Shown one piece after another: positions 1-9,914 of a stretch of 64,000 nucleotides of DNA. The stretch is from Elusimicrobiota bacterium (GTDB lineage: Bacteria > Elusimicrobiota > Elusimicrobia > UBA1565), in the NCBI GenBank assembly GCA_043827405.1, contig JBDRPD010000053.1:96221-160220 (forward strand), in the 5' to 3' direction. Below the pieces are notes generated by a model. It did no database searches, was not told the DNA's origin, and saw only the letters and a program-made list of their open reading frames with translations. Position 1 is the stretch's first letter. Every line of letters starts with the position of its first letter. The translations under genes and the position numbers were made by a program.

Positions 1-613
1 ACCAAGCTCCACAGCGGAGCGCAGTCGGAGCGCAGACCTTTGAGCCCCATTTGGTGCCGTCGCGACAGCACGGCAGCGCCGTGGTCGCCGACGGTCCCGT
101 TGATGAGGATCCGGTCGCCGGCGCGAATCCCCTCCGGCCCCAGCGCGGAGCGCCGTCCGAGCTCGCCGACGCCCGCAGTGTTGATAAAGAGGCGGTCGAC
201 GCCGCCGCGCTCCACCACCTTGGTATCGCCGGTCACGATGCGGACTTCCGCCTCCCGCGCCGTCTCGCCCACCGAGCGCAGGATGCTCCGCAGAAAATCA
301 AACTCCAGCCCCTCTTCAATGACGAGCCCCAGCGACAGGTACCGCGGCGTCGCTCCCGCGGCGGCGAGGTCGTTGACCGTACCGCAGACCGCCAGCCGGC
401 CGATATCCCCGCCGGGAAATACCGCGGGGCTCACCGTATAGGTATCGGTGGTGAAGGCGAGACGTCCGGGAGCCGGCTCGATCTCGGCGGAGTCCCCCAG
501 CCGCCGCAGAATCGGATCAGGCAGAGCGCGGACGATCTCGCCCACCAGCTCATGCGAGAGCCGGCCGCCGCTGCCGTGCGCCAAGAGAATCCGCTCAGTT
601 TTCCCGGCCATAC
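1..613 (-). CDS. hypE: Hydrogenase maturation protein HypE (carbamoyl dehydratase), 3'-truncated by the window start
   Basis: Hand translation of the minus strand from the ATG at about 613 gives MAGKTERILLAHGSGG..., the HypE N-terminal motif. The ORF track missed it because no stop codon lies inside the window. It overlaps the hypD stop, consistent with translational coupling in a hypFCDE order. Confidence 0.8.
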
Positions 614-1686
614 TTGTAATACGCCGCGCAGGTCCCTTCGCTTGAAACCATGCATGCCCCGACGGGCGCGAGCGGAGTGCATACGCCGGCGAAGAGCGGG
701 CAGTCCGGAGGCTTGCGCACCCCTTTGAGAATATCTCCGCACATGCAGCCGGAATCAGTCCGCTCGGCTTCGACCTCGACTTCGATTCCCTGCTCCGCGT
801 CGAAAGCCGCGAACTCCGGGCGCAGCGCGAGCCCGCTCCCGGGAATCACGCCGATCCCCCGCCATGCCGCGTCGCATGGCTGGAAGACCCGGCTCATCGC
901 CGCCATCGCTTTAGGGTTGCCCTCGGGCCGCACGCTCCGCTTATAGGCGTTCTCCAGCTCGCTGCCGCCGGAAACGACCTGCCGCGCCAAAGAGAGGACG
1001 CCGCGCGCGATATCCAACGGCTCGAAACCCGCGACCGCGCAGGGGATATTGAACTCCGAGGCGAGAAATCCGTAGGGCGCCGTACCGATAATAGTGCTCA
1101 CATGCCCGGGCAGCAGCAGCCCCTGCACGCGGATATCCGGATCCTGCGCCAGCGCCCGCAGCGCGGGCGGCACGAGCTTATGCCCGCTGTAGACGAAATA
1201 GTTCGTCAGTCCGGCATCATGGGCCGCGATGACCGACGCCGCCACGCTCGGCGTCGTCGTCTCGAAACCGACGCCCAGAAAAACGACTTTTTTACCGGGG
1301 TTCTCACGCGCGATCGCCGTCGACTCCAGCGCCGAGTAAACGGTGCGCACGTCCGCCCCCGCCGCCCGCTCCTGCTCCAGGCTCGACGACGAGCCCGGAA
1401 CGCGGTACATGTCGCCGAAGGTGACCACGATCACGTCCGGCCGCCGGCAGAAAGCGATCGCGCGGTCCATATAGCCGTTGGCGGTAACGCACACCGGGCA
1501 GCCCGGGCCCGAGAGAAGCTCCAGCTGCCGCGGGAAAATCTGCCGCAGACCGCTGCGAAACAGCGCCACCGTATGCGTTCCGCAGACCTCCATCAGGACC
1601 GCGGACTTGCCGTCGAGCGCCTCGGCGATCAGCCGGACCGCAGCCTGCACCGCATCCGCCTGACGGTACTCGTCAAGAAACTTCAT
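595..1686 (-). CDS. hypD: Hydrogenase maturation factor HypD
   Basis: 363 aa carrying the HypD motifs CGTH, GPGCPVC and GFETT and a C-terminal CPxC. The start is an ATG. Confidence 0.9.
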   Translation of the reverse strand: MKFLDEYRQADAVQAAVRLIAEALDGKSAVLMEVCGTHTVALFRSGLRQIFPRQLELLSGPGCPVCVTANGYMDRAIAFCRRPDVIVVTFGDMYRVPGSSSSLEQERAAGADVRTVYSALESTAIARENPGKKVVFLGVGFETTTPSVAASVIAAHDAGLTNYFVYSGHKLVPPALRALAQDPDIRVQGLLLPGHVSTIIGTAPYGFLASEFNIPCAVAGFEPLDIARGVLSLARQVVSGGSELENAYKRSVRPEGNPKAMAAMSRVFQPCDAAWRGIGVIPGSGLALRPEFAAFDAEQGIEVEVEAERTDSGCMCGDILKGVRKPPDCPLFAGVCTPLAPVGACMVSSEGTCAAYYKYGREN

Positions 1687-1913
1687 GCGCTTTCCTCAGC
1701 GTCTCCCGTCAACCGCTGAATCAGCTTGCGGTCTTCCGCCGCCTGCTCCCGATCCAATTTCTGGATGGCAAAACCGGCATGCACGATCACGTATTCTCCC
1801 GGTTGGGGATCATCCACCAGGTCCAGGCGGACATCCTTCTCAACCCCGCCCATACGGACCGTTCCGACCTCGCCGTTCACGGCGACCAGCTCCATAGGAA
1901 TCGCAAGACACAT
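1683..1913 (-). CDS. hypC: Hydrogenase assembly chaperone HypC
   Basis: 76 aa beginning MCLAIP, the HypC/HupF signature with N-terminal Cys2. It overlaps the hypD start by 4 nt. Confidence 0.85.
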   Translation of the reverse strand: MCLAIPMELVAVNGEVGTVRMGGVEKDVRLDLVDDPQPGEYVIVHAGFAIQKLDREQAAEDRKLIQRLTGDAEESA

Positions 1914-1918
1914 ATTTA

Positions 1919-4210
1919 TTAATCCGCAAATAATCCGGCGGCCATCACCTGGCCCAAGCAGATACCCCCGTCATTGGGCGGCACTTGCCGGTGCATCAGC
2001 ACGCGAAAGCCGGCTTCCTCCAAACGACGCGAGCTCCATTCTAACAAAAGCGCGTTCTGGAACACGCCGCCGGTCAGGGCCGCCGTCTCCAGGCCGGTTT
2101 CGTCGCGCACCGCGCAGCATGCGGCGGCCGTCATATCGGCGACCGCGGCATGAAACCGCGAAGACATGATATCCGGCGCCGCGCCGCGCCGCAGGTCCTC
2201 GACGACGGCCCGCACCATGGGCACGGGATCAAGGACCAGCAGCCCTTCCGCTTTCTCCAGCGCATAGGGATACGCCCCTTCCTCCCCCGCGGCGGCCGCC
2301 TCCAGCTCAATTGCCGCCTGGCCCTCATAGCGTATCTCGCGGCGCAGGCCGATAATCGCCGCGACCGCGTCAAACAGGCGGCCCATGCTCGAAGTCAGCG
2401 GGCTGTTAAGGTTCCGGTCGATCATCTTGTCGAGCACCGCCCATTTATCCCGGTCGAGCTTGCGCACAAAATCGATATCCAGCTCCAGGAATTCCGCGCC
2501 GAACGCTTCGCGCAGCCACACCGCGCCCATGCGCCACACCTCACGCACCGCCGCGTCGCCGCCCGGCAGCGGGACCGTCCGGAGACGCGCCGCCCGCCGG
2601 TATCCCTTGAAGTCCGCGGCCAGCAGTTCACCCCCCCAGACCGTCGCATCGTCGCCGCGGCCGGCGCCGTCGAAGACCACGCCGATGACCGTCTGCGACA
2701 CCCCGTTGTCCGCCATACAGGAGGCGACATGCGCATGGTGATGCTGCACCTTAACGAGCTCAGCGTCCGGCAGCCGCGCGCACAGCTTTTCCGCGTACTG
2801 CGTGGAGAGGTAATCCGGGTGCAGGTCGCAGGCGATGCGGCGCGGCTTAATGGTCAATAGCCGCGCCAGATGATCTACCCCTCGCTCGAATGCGTCAAGC
2901 GTCTCCAGGTTCTTCAGGTCGCCGATGTGATGGCTCAGATAGGCGTCGGACCCGCGTCCCAAGCAGAAGACGCTTTTAAGCTCGCCCCCGCAGGCGAGGA
3001 CCGGCTCCTTGAGCGTCCCCGGCAGGCGGATGGGCGCCGGAGCATAGCCCCGGGAGCGGCGGAGCAGGCGCTCCTCTCCGCGAAAAACGCGACTCACCGA
3101 ATCGTCGCACCGCGTTTCGATGCCGCGATCATGCAGCACAAACGCATCCGCGATCCCTCCCAGCCGCGCCAGAGCTTCTTCGTTAATATGAGCTATCGGC
3201 TCGTCGCTGACATTCCCGCTCGTCATGACCAGGACTTCCGGGCAGCCGCCGGCGAACAGCAGCGAATGCAGCGGCGCATACGGGAGCATGCAGCCCAAGC
3301 GCTTCTGCCGCGGCGCGACCGACGGCGCCAGCGCCGCCGCCTCTACCCGCTCCAGCAGCACGATCGGCCGGGCGACCGACTCAAGGAGAGCGGCCTCCTC
3401 GCGGCTTACGCGGCAGCAGCGCCGCACCGCGGCGGCAGCGCCGGCCATCACGGCGAAGGGCTTGTCTTCCCGGTACTTGCGGCCGCGCAATGCGCCGACG
3501 GCGCGCTCGTCAAACGCGCTGCAGGCGAGATGGAAGCCCCCGATCCCCTTCACCGCGAGGATATTGCCGTCGCGCAACAGCGCCGCAGCCCGAGCCACGA
3601 TTTCAAGGGAATCGCCCTCGATGACCGGTCGGCCGGCGGCATCCGTAAGCCGCAGCCGCGGTCCGCAAACGGCGCAGGCATTGGGCTGCGCATGGAAGCG
3701 GCGGTTTTCCGGGTCCTCGTACTCGGCGAGGCATTCCGGACACATGTGAAACGACGCCATAGCGGTCGCCGGACGGTCGTAGGGAACGCTGCGCACTATG
3801 GTAAAGCGCGGGCCGCAGTTGGTGCAGTTCAGGAAGGGGTAGCCGCGGCGCCGGTCGGCGGGATCGGCGAGCTCCCGCAAGCACTCCCCGCACGTCGCGA
3901 GATCGGGGGAAACATCGGCCAGCGCCTGCGCCGAGCCGGTGCTGGGCAGGATGCGGAAGTCCTCATCCTCAGCCGGCTCAACCTCCCGGGAGGTCAACGA
4001 CTTGATGCTCGCCTGCGGCGGCGGCTCAAGCTCGAGCACGCGCAGAAATTCCTGCACCTTCGCGGGGGGGCCCTGCACCTCGATGCGGACCCCGTCGGAG
4101 GTATTGCTGATCCAGCCGCGCAGGCCGCGCCTCCGGGCCTGCCGGTACACGGCGGGCCGGAAACCGACTCCCTGTACGCGTCCGCGTACCTCGATGCGCA
4201 GCCGCTTCAT
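1919..4210 (-). CDS. hypF: Carbamoyltransferase HypF
   Basis: 763 aa with an N-terminal acylphosphatase-like domain (VRGRVQGVGFR), two CxxC zinc-finger pairs, and YrdC-like and Kae1-like domains. Confidence 0.9.
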   Translation of the reverse strand: MKRLRIEVRGRVQGVGFRPAVYRQARRRGLRGWISNTSDGVRIEVQGPPAKVQEFLRVLELEPPPQASIKSLTSREVEPAEDEDFRILPSTGSAQALADVSPDLATCGECLRELADPADRRRGYPFLNCTNCGPRFTIVRSVPYDRPATAMASFHMCPECLAEYEDPENRRFHAQPNACAVCGPRLRLTDAAGRPVIEGDSLEIVARAAALLRDGNILAVKGIGGFHLACSAFDERAVGALRGRKYREDKPFAVMAGAAAAVRRCCRVSREEAALLESVARPIVLLERVEAAALAPSVAPRQKRLGCMLPYAPLHSLLFAGGCPEVLVMTSGNVSDEPIAHINEEALARLGGIADAFVLHDRGIETRCDDSVSRVFRGEERLLRRSRGYAPAPIRLPGTLKEPVLACGGELKSVFCLGRGSDAYLSHHIGDLKNLETLDAFERGVDHLARLLTIKPRRIACDLHPDYLSTQYAEKLCARLPDAELVKVQHHHAHVASCMADNGVSQTVIGVVFDGAGRGDDATVWGGELLAADFKGYRRAARLRTVPLPGGDAAVREVWRMGAVWLREAFGAEFLELDIDFVRKLDRDKWAVLDKMIDRNLNSPLTSSMGRLFDAVAAIIGLRREIRYEGQAAIELEAAAAGEEGAYPYALEKAEGLLVLDPVPMVRAVVEDLRRGAAPDIMSSRFHAAVADMTAAACCAVRDETGLETAALTGGVFQNALLLEWSSRRLEEAGFRVLMHRQVPPNDGGICLGQVMAAGLFAD

Positions 4211-4316
4211 GTGCTAACCATTATCGCCTATAGTGGGCGCAGAGGGATACAGCGTCAAGCAACCGTTCTCCGCTGGTATTGACGCCGTAACGCTTCGCCT
4301 TTACCCTAATAGCGAA

Positions 4317-7300
4317 ATGGCCAAATCCGTAGCCGCCGGCCGGGGGCTCCTTTTCTGCCTCCTGGCGGGCGCGTTGTTATTGTGCGGCTTACCGGCTGAG
4401 CTTTTCGCCCAGCACGGCAAGCTCTCACCGCGCCTGCGCACCATGCGCCGGCAGGCCGCTGAGGGCCGTCCCGTCACCGGCTTCGGCGTCGCCGCGGACG
4501 CCGGCACGGCGGATCCCATCGTCAGCCTGCTGCTGCGCCTGCGCCCGGGAGCGACCCGGGAAGCCGTCGTCGCGCGCTATCCCGGCTCCCACTTCGGCGT
4601 CCTCAACGGACGCATCCTGACGGCTCGTCTACGCGCCTCGCTGCTGGACGCCATCGACACCGACCCGGACGTGGACTACGCCGAGTCGCCGGCGCGCTAT
4701 GAGCCCGCGCTTGAGATCGCGAAGTCCTCCACCACCAGCGGCTCCGTCTACCTCGGCATCCTCGATCCCAGCTCGGTGGACTTCGGCGCCAATAAGGGCC
4801 AGGGCGTGGTGATCGGCTTCGTCGACACCGGCATCGACTGGGACCACTACGACTTCCGCGACGACGTCAATGTACTGCAAAGCCGCATTCTCTCCATCTG
4901 GGACCAGACGATAGCCTCCCATGGCGGCGGGCCCAACCCCGCGGGCTACGCCTACGGCGCGGAGTACACCCAAACCCAGATCAACAATGAAATCGACGGC
5001 CTCCCCGCCGGCGTCCTGCAGACCCTGGACACCAACGGCCACGGCTCCCATGTCGCCGGCATCGCGGCGGGCGACGGCAGCGACTCGGACGGCAGCCCCG
5101 CCGCCGGCACCTATAGCGGCATCGCACCCCAAGCCGATATCATCATGGTCAAGACCAGCTTCATCCCCAGCGACATCCTCGACGGCGTCAACTATATCGT
5201 CGGCAAAGCCGCCGCCGCGGGCAAGCGCGCCGTCGTCAACCTCAGCATCCAGGGCCAAAGCGGCGCCCATGACGGCACGCTGAGCTTCGAGCAGGGAATC
5301 AATACCGTTGCCGCCAGCACGCCGGTAGTCATCGCCATGGGCAACTATCACGACAAGAGCGACCATGCGCTCTACACCTTCGCCCCCAGCGGCATCCACA
5401 GCTTTACGGCCAGCCGGATCCTCGCGGCCTCAACTTTGGAGTTTGAGTTCTGGGCCGCCACCGGCGACGCCTACGACCTGACCATCACCGACGGCATCAA
5501 CACCCCGGTCTCGGTCTCCAACAACCAGGACAAGACCAGCCAGGCCATGGGCACCGCCTCTCTCGATATCTACAACGGGACCAACTCGCACCCCGGCGGC
5601 GACAAGCAGATTCTGATCACCATCACCGGCACCATCAGCCAGAGCAACTTCACCTTCAGCTTCACCCGCGTCTCCAACGGCGGCACCGGCAAGCTGCACG
5701 GCTGGAATATCTACACCGACTACGCGAACTTTACCAGCGACGTCGACCTGACCAGCACGCTGACCTCCCCGTCGGTAATCGCCAACGGCATCGGCGTCGG
5801 TTCCTACTGCAGCAAACAGACCTGGTACGACGGCACCAATACCCAGCAGACCGACGCCTGCACTTTGGGTGAGATATCTTCTTTCAGCGGCCACGGCCCC
5901 ACGCGCGACGGACGGCAGAAGCCCGACATCGCGGCCCCCGGCCATCGCCTCGCCTCGACGCTGAGCACCGACTCCTCCGCGACTTCGGCCTATACCGCGC
6001 AGGACAACCGCCACTACCTCCGGCGCGGGACCTCGATGGCGGCGCCGGTCGTCGCCGGCGCGATCGCGGTGCGGATCCAGCAGAACTCAACGCTCACCGC
6101 CGCCCAGATCAAGTCCAACCTGCAAACCGATACCCACACCGATTCCATGACCGGCGCCAGCCTCCCCGACGGGACCTGGGGCTACGGCAAACTTAAGGTT
6201 TTGGCCTGCGGGAACACCGTCGACAGCGCGCCCTCGGCCGCCGTGCCGGTCACCCTGGGAGCTTCATCGATTTCCTGGACCTGGGGCGCGGTCACCAACG
6301 CCACGTCCTACAACATCTACTATGCCACCGATACGGGCACCCTGATCGCCAATGTCGCCTCCCCGGCCTACACCTTCACCAGCCTCGCGGCGAACACCGA
6401 CTACCGCCTCGAAATCCGCGGACAGAACATCTGCGGCGAGGGTACGGGCGGCGTCTCGCTGACCACGGCGACGCTCACCGTCCCGGTCTCCGGCAGCGGG
6501 ACCTTCGCTCAGGAGATCACGCGCGTCACCGTCGGCTACAGCAAGCTCAGCGGGCAGAACGAAGGCTATCTGCTGCATGCCTCGACCGCCGCCGACTTCA
6601 CCGGAACGATATTCTCCAGCTCCACGCCAAACTCGGACCTCGGCACTTTGCTGATCGAGGGCTTAAGCGGCTTCACCACCTACTACTTCCGCATCGGCAC
6701 GCTCAACCCGCAGGGCGCGTCGGTCTTCTCGACGCTCGGCTCGACTAGAACCGACACCACTTTGCTCGCTCCCGGCACGTCCACTTTTTCCAACATCTCG
6801 GAGAGCGCGCTGCGCGCGAACTGGACCCGCAACGGCAATCCGTCCGGGCTGCAGTATTTCGCGTACCTCTCGACGGCGGCGGACTTCAGCGGCACGCTGC
6901 TGACCGAACAGACAAGCGGCCTTTACGCCGACTTCTCGAGTCTGTCGGCCAACGCCACCTATTATTTCCAGGTCCGCCCGGCCACCGGCCCATTCGGCGC
7001 AGCCTCATCGACGGCCACCCATGCCCTGGCGCCCGGCGCCGTCACGCCGGCCTTTACCGGCGTCTACCTGTCCAGCGTCACGGCCTACTGGACCGACGGC
7101 GGCAACCCCTCCGGCACCTGGATGCTGGTTGAGTCCTCGACCGAAGCCGGCTTCGGGACACTGATCGACTCATCGAGCACCCAGAATACCTCGCGCCTGC
7201 TGACCGGCGTCTGGACCAATACCACGGTCTACGTGCGGGTCTCGGCGCTCAACCGCCACGGCATCCCCACATCCTATCTGACGCTCTCGACGGCCACTAT

Positions 7301-8327
7301 GGCCAATCCGCCCGGCCTTGTCGCCGCGCCGTTCGCCAGCGTGACCTCGTCGATCACGGTGCGCTGGACGCCGCTGCCCACATCCCCCTCTTCGGCGGCC
7401 TGCCAGGGCTATCAGGTGGAGGCCTCCACCTCGCCCACGTTTTATCCGATCGCCACCGCCAACCGCACCGCCGATGCGGCCGCGAGCTCGCTGGGAGTGG
7501 AGGGCCTGCTGTTTCAGACGACGTATTACCTGCGCGTCGGCGCGGTCAACCTCAACGGCGTCCCCACCTTCACCAACTTGGGCTCCAGCGTAACCGTGAT
7601 AGCGATACTCTCCAGCAGCACGCTCAACGGGAGCGAGCTGACGCTGTCCATCCTGCCGTCGGTACTGCAGCTCCAATACGTCGAGGTGAATATCCCGCCC
7701 GGCACGCTGCCGGACGGGGTGAGCGTCACCGTCAACGCGAGCGTGCCTTTTGATTTCGACTCATCGGCGGTCAAGCAGGTAAACCTGACCCCGCTGGGCG
7801 CCGGCGTCGCCATCGATATCGACGCGCAGGGAAATCAGCCGCTGGGTCCGGTGGCGATCCGTATGGACTACGATCCCGCCTTCCTGCCGCCCGGCGTCAG
7901 CAAGCACCAGCTGGTCATCGCGCACCTGCGCGACGGCTACTGGGACGTGCTGGAAACGGAAAACGACACCGCCGGCAATGTCCTGCGGGCGCAGACCCGG
8001 CACTTCTCGCTGTTCGCGCCGTTCTATGTCGCCGCGGGCACGGCGCTGGATAATGTGCAGATCTTCCCGATCCCCTGGATGCCGGGCTCCGGAGACGCCA
8101 ATTACGACGCGCCCAAGCTGAGCATCATGAATCTCCCCGCGGGAGGAAGCGTTCAGCTCTATTCCATAATCGGCGAATCGCTCGGCACCTGGGACGCGAG
8201 CGCCGCCGGCATGGTCTACTGGGACGGAAAATCCAAGCGCGGCATGGAAGCCGGCTCCGGGACCTACCTGGTCGTCATCTCCGGGGCGGGCGCGCGCCGG
8301 GTCGAGCGCGTGGTGGTTATCCGATGA
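4317..8327 (+). CDS. Secreted subtilisin-like serine protease (S8 family) with multiple fibronectin-III-like repeats and a T9SS-type C-terminal sorting domain
   Basis: The catalytic triad motifs are present: VIGFVDTGID (Asp), HGSHVAGIAAG (His) and GTSMAAPVVAG (Ser). A signal peptide begins at the ATG at 4317 (MAKSVAAGRGLLFCLLAGALLLC); the track start at 4233 is a GTG extension. Repeated roughly 90-aa Ser/Thr-rich modules follow (SISWTWGAVTNATSYNIYYA...). The C-terminus (VQLYSIIGESLGTWDASAAGMVYWDGKSKRGMEAGSGTYLVVISGAGARRVERVVVIR) matches the type-A Por/T9SS C-terminal domain, which is FlgD-Ig-like. Confidence 0.8.
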   Translation: MAKSVAAGRGLLFCLLAGALLLCGLPAELFAQHGKLSPRLRTMRRQAAEGRPVTGFGVAADAGTADPIVSLLLRLRPGATREAVVARYPGSHFGVLNGRILTARLRASLLDAIDTDPDVDYAESPARYEPALEIAKSSTTSGSVYLGILDPSSVDFGANKGQGVVIGFVDTGIDWDHYDFRDDVNVLQSRILSIWDQTIASHGGGPNPAGYAYGAEYTQTQINNEIDGLPAGVLQTLDTNGHGSHVAGIAAGDGSDSDGSPAAGTYSGIAPQADIIMVKTSFIPSDILDGVNYIVGKAAAAGKRAVVNLSIQGQSGAHDGTLSFEQGINTVAASTPVVIAMGNYHDKSDHALYTFAPSGIHSFTASRILAASTLEFEFWAATGDAYDLTITDGINTPVSVSNNQDKTSQAMGTASLDIYNGTNSHPGGDKQILITITGTISQSNFTFSFTRVSNGGTGKLHGWNIYTDYANFTSDVDLTSTLTSPSVIANGIGVGSYCSKQTWYDGTNTQQTDACTLGEISSFSGHGPTRDGRQKPDIAAPGHRLASTLSTDSSATSAYTAQDNRHYLRRGTSMAAPVVAGAIAVRIQQNSTLTAAQIKSNLQTDTHTDSMTGASLPDGTWGYGKLKVLACGNTVDSAPSAAVPVTLGASSISWTWGAVTNATSYNIYYATDTGTLIANVASPAYTFTSLAANTDYRLEIRGQNICGEGTGGVSLTTATLTVPVSGSGTFAQEITRVTVGYSKLSGQNEGYLLHASTAADFTGTIFSSSTPNSDLGTLLIEGLSGFTTYYFRIGTLNPQGASVFSTLGSTRTDTTLLAPGTSTFSNISESALRANWTRNGNPSGLQYFAYLSTAADFSGTLLTEQTSGLYADFSSLSANATYYFQVRPATGPFGAASSTATHALAPGAVTPAFTGVYLSSVTAYWTDGGNPSGTWMLVESSTEAGFGTLIDSSSTQNTSRLLTGVWTNTTVYVRVSALNRHGIPTSYLTLSTATMANPPGLVAAPFASVTSSITVRWTPLPTSPSSAACQGYQVEASTSPTFYPIATANRTADAAASSLGVEGLLFQTTYYLRVGAVNLNGVPTFTNLGSSVTVIAILSSSTLNGSELTLSILPSVLQLQYVEVNIPPGTLPDGVSVTVNASVPFDFDSSAVKQVNLTPLGAGVAIDIDAQGNQPLGPVAIRMDYDPAFLPPGVSKHQLVIAHLRDGYWDVLETENDTAGNVLRAQTRHFSLFAPFYVAAGTALDNVQIFPIPWMPGSGDANYDAPKLSIMNLPAGGSVQLYSIIGESLGTWDASAAGMVYWDGKSKRGMEAGSGTYLVVISGAGARRVERVVVIR

Positions 8328-9349
8328 GGGGCGCGCTCCTGCTGCTGGCGCTTGCCCTTCCCGCGAGCGCGTCGATCAGCAACACCGGCGGGTCGACGGC
8401 GCAGTTCCTGCGCATCGGCGCCGGCGCCCGGGCGCTGGGCATGGGAGACGCCTTCAGCGCCGTAGCCGAAGGCCCGGCCGCCATATACTGGAATCCCGCC
8501 GGCCTCGCGCAGCAGCGCCGGCCCGAACTCGGCTACACCCACATCGAGCTTCTGGATTTTTTCCATCACGAGCATATCGCCTACGCGCATCCCATTCCCC
8601 TGCTGCGCGGAACGCTCGGGACGGCGCTGACCTTCTTCTACGAGGACCGGCAGGATCTGGTCACCAACCGCAATGTGAAGGTCGGAACCTTTAAAAACCA
8701 CAGCGAAGTGTTCGCCTTCGCCTATGCGCGCGCATTCCGCATCGGCCACGACTGGGGGATGAGCGACCGCGACGCCTTCGCCGATCTCTGGCGCCTGGGC
8801 GGAGCGGAAATGCCCCTGCGGCCGGCGGACGAGATATGGAACGGCAACCTGCTGCTGGGGCTGTCCCTTAAAGGGGTGCGCAGCACGCTCTATGATCGCT
8901 CCGCGACGGCCTTCGCGGTGGACGGCGGCGCGATCTTCCGTCATTACGCGCTGTCCAAGATGAGTCTCAGCTTCGTTTTTCGCAATATCGGCACCAAGCA
9001 CCGCTTTATCAATAAGGCGCAGGACCTGCCCGCCGAGTTCTCGTTCGCCGCGGCCTTCGATCAGCGCTGGGACCGGCACCGCGTCCTGCCGGTCTTTGAA
9101 TGCGTGGTCCCCGTCTACGGCGTACCGACGGGGAGGCTGGGGGTGGAGTACAGTTTCCCGGTGAGCGACGACGCCTACGCCGCGGTGCGCGCCGGCTACA
9201 AATCCCTGCAGGCGCATGAGATCGGCGCGCTGTCCGGCTTGACCGGAGGCATCGGCTTCGGCTACCGGCACCTCTCGGTCGACTTCGGCCTGCAGCCGAT
9301 GGCGGTGCTGGGCGAAGCCTTCCGCGCCGAGATTTCCTACCGTTTCTAG
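8324..9349 (+). CDS. PorV/PorQ-family outer-membrane beta-barrel protein (candidate T9SS cargo shuttle)
   Basis: It has a signal peptide followed by the family-typical N-terminal motif GGSTAQFLRIGAGARALGMGDAFSAVAEGPAAIYWNPAGLA, and ends in a Phe (...ISYRF) as outer-membrane barrels do. Its ATG overlaps the protease TGA (ATGA). Confidence 0.55.
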   Translation: MRGALLLLALALPASASISNTGGSTAQFLRIGAGARALGMGDAFSAVAEGPAAIYWNPAGLAQQRRPELGYTHIELLDFFHHEHIAYAHPIPLLRGTLGTALTFFYEDRQDLVTNRNVKVGTFKNHSEVFAFAYARAFRIGHDWGMSDRDAFADLWRLGGAEMPLRPADEIWNGNLLLGLSLKGVRSTLYDRSATAFAVDGGAIFRHYALSKMSLSFVFRNIGTKHRFINKAQDLPAEFSFAAAFDQRWDRHRVLPVFECVVPVYGVPTGRLGVEYSFPVSDDAYAAVRAGYKSLQAHEIGALSGLTGGIGFGYRHLSVDFGLQPMAVLGEAFRAEISYRF

Positions 9350-9400
9350 CTGCCTACCGGGGACTGGAAGCCTCAACCCCTTAGTCCATCGAGGCAGCTT

Positions 9401-9452
9401 GCCCCGACGACGACAGGATACTGCGCTGATGCGAAACTGTCGTCGTCGGGGC
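9401..9452. terminator. GC-rich 16-bp perfect hairpin between convergent genes (putative bidirectional terminator, no U-tract)
   Basis: Stem gccccgacgacgacag (9401-9416) pairs with ctgtcgtcgtcggggc (9437-9452) around a 20-nt loop. It sits just after the PorV-like stop and abuts the stop of the minus-strand ORF 9452..9691. Confidence 0.35.
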
Positions 9453-9691
9453 TAGCTGATGCTGATCGGAGGGAAGTCCCCTTTCGACCAGCGGACGTCG
9501 CCGTCCGGTCCGACGAAGTAGTACAGCGGCATGCCCCGGACGCGGCACAGCTTCGCGACGCGGCCGTCCGCATCGAGCAGCATCTTGTACTCCACCTTGC
9601 TGCCGCGCAGATAGCCGACGGTGCGCGGGCGCTGCCCGTTCTGGAACAGCTTCGTCCCGATCAGTTCTTCTTCAACTTTTTTTATCTTCAT
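9452..9691 (-). pseudogene. TlpA/ResA-like thioredoxin-fold C-terminal fragment (79 aa), probably a truncated gene remnant
   Basis: The C-terminal segment KMLLDADGRVAKLCRVRGMPLYYFVGPDGDVRW resembles the end of TlpA/ResA thiol-disulfide oxidoreductases (VLDTD..YxV..PTTFLI..GKV). The CxxC-containing N-terminal half is absent. The first roughly 10 codons are AT-rich while the rest is GC-rich, suggesting a junction-derived start. Confidence 0.35.
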
Positions 9692-9914
9692 AGGATTACC
9701 TTGCAGACAGTGTACTCCGGGACGGGTTTTTCACTATGAAGCGAAGGGGCAGGCAGATTCGGGTATTGGCTCCAGAACGGCCTATTCCTAAACTCTCACT
9801 AATGTGAAATGGAAGTTCACAGCGGGGAGCGGCTTCCGCATGATTTTTGCGCTCTGCGGACGCTATTGTTAGGGCGCTCAGTCTGGAACTTAACTTGCTC
9901 CTCATTCGTATATA

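Noticed and set aside
4233-4316. N-terminal extensions in the ORF track: 4233 for the protease, 21036 for sucD, 23702 for korB, 25126 for the receiver, 26974 for the CPGS-like gene, 36216 for EEP, 42963 for the lipoprotein, and 48390 for nfi.
   Set aside because: The track accepts TTG and GTG as starts, for example TTG at 40 and GTG at 4233. Downstream in-frame ATG sites give proper signal peptides, Shine-Dalgarno sequences or ATGA coupling to the upstream gene, so the shorter models were preferred.
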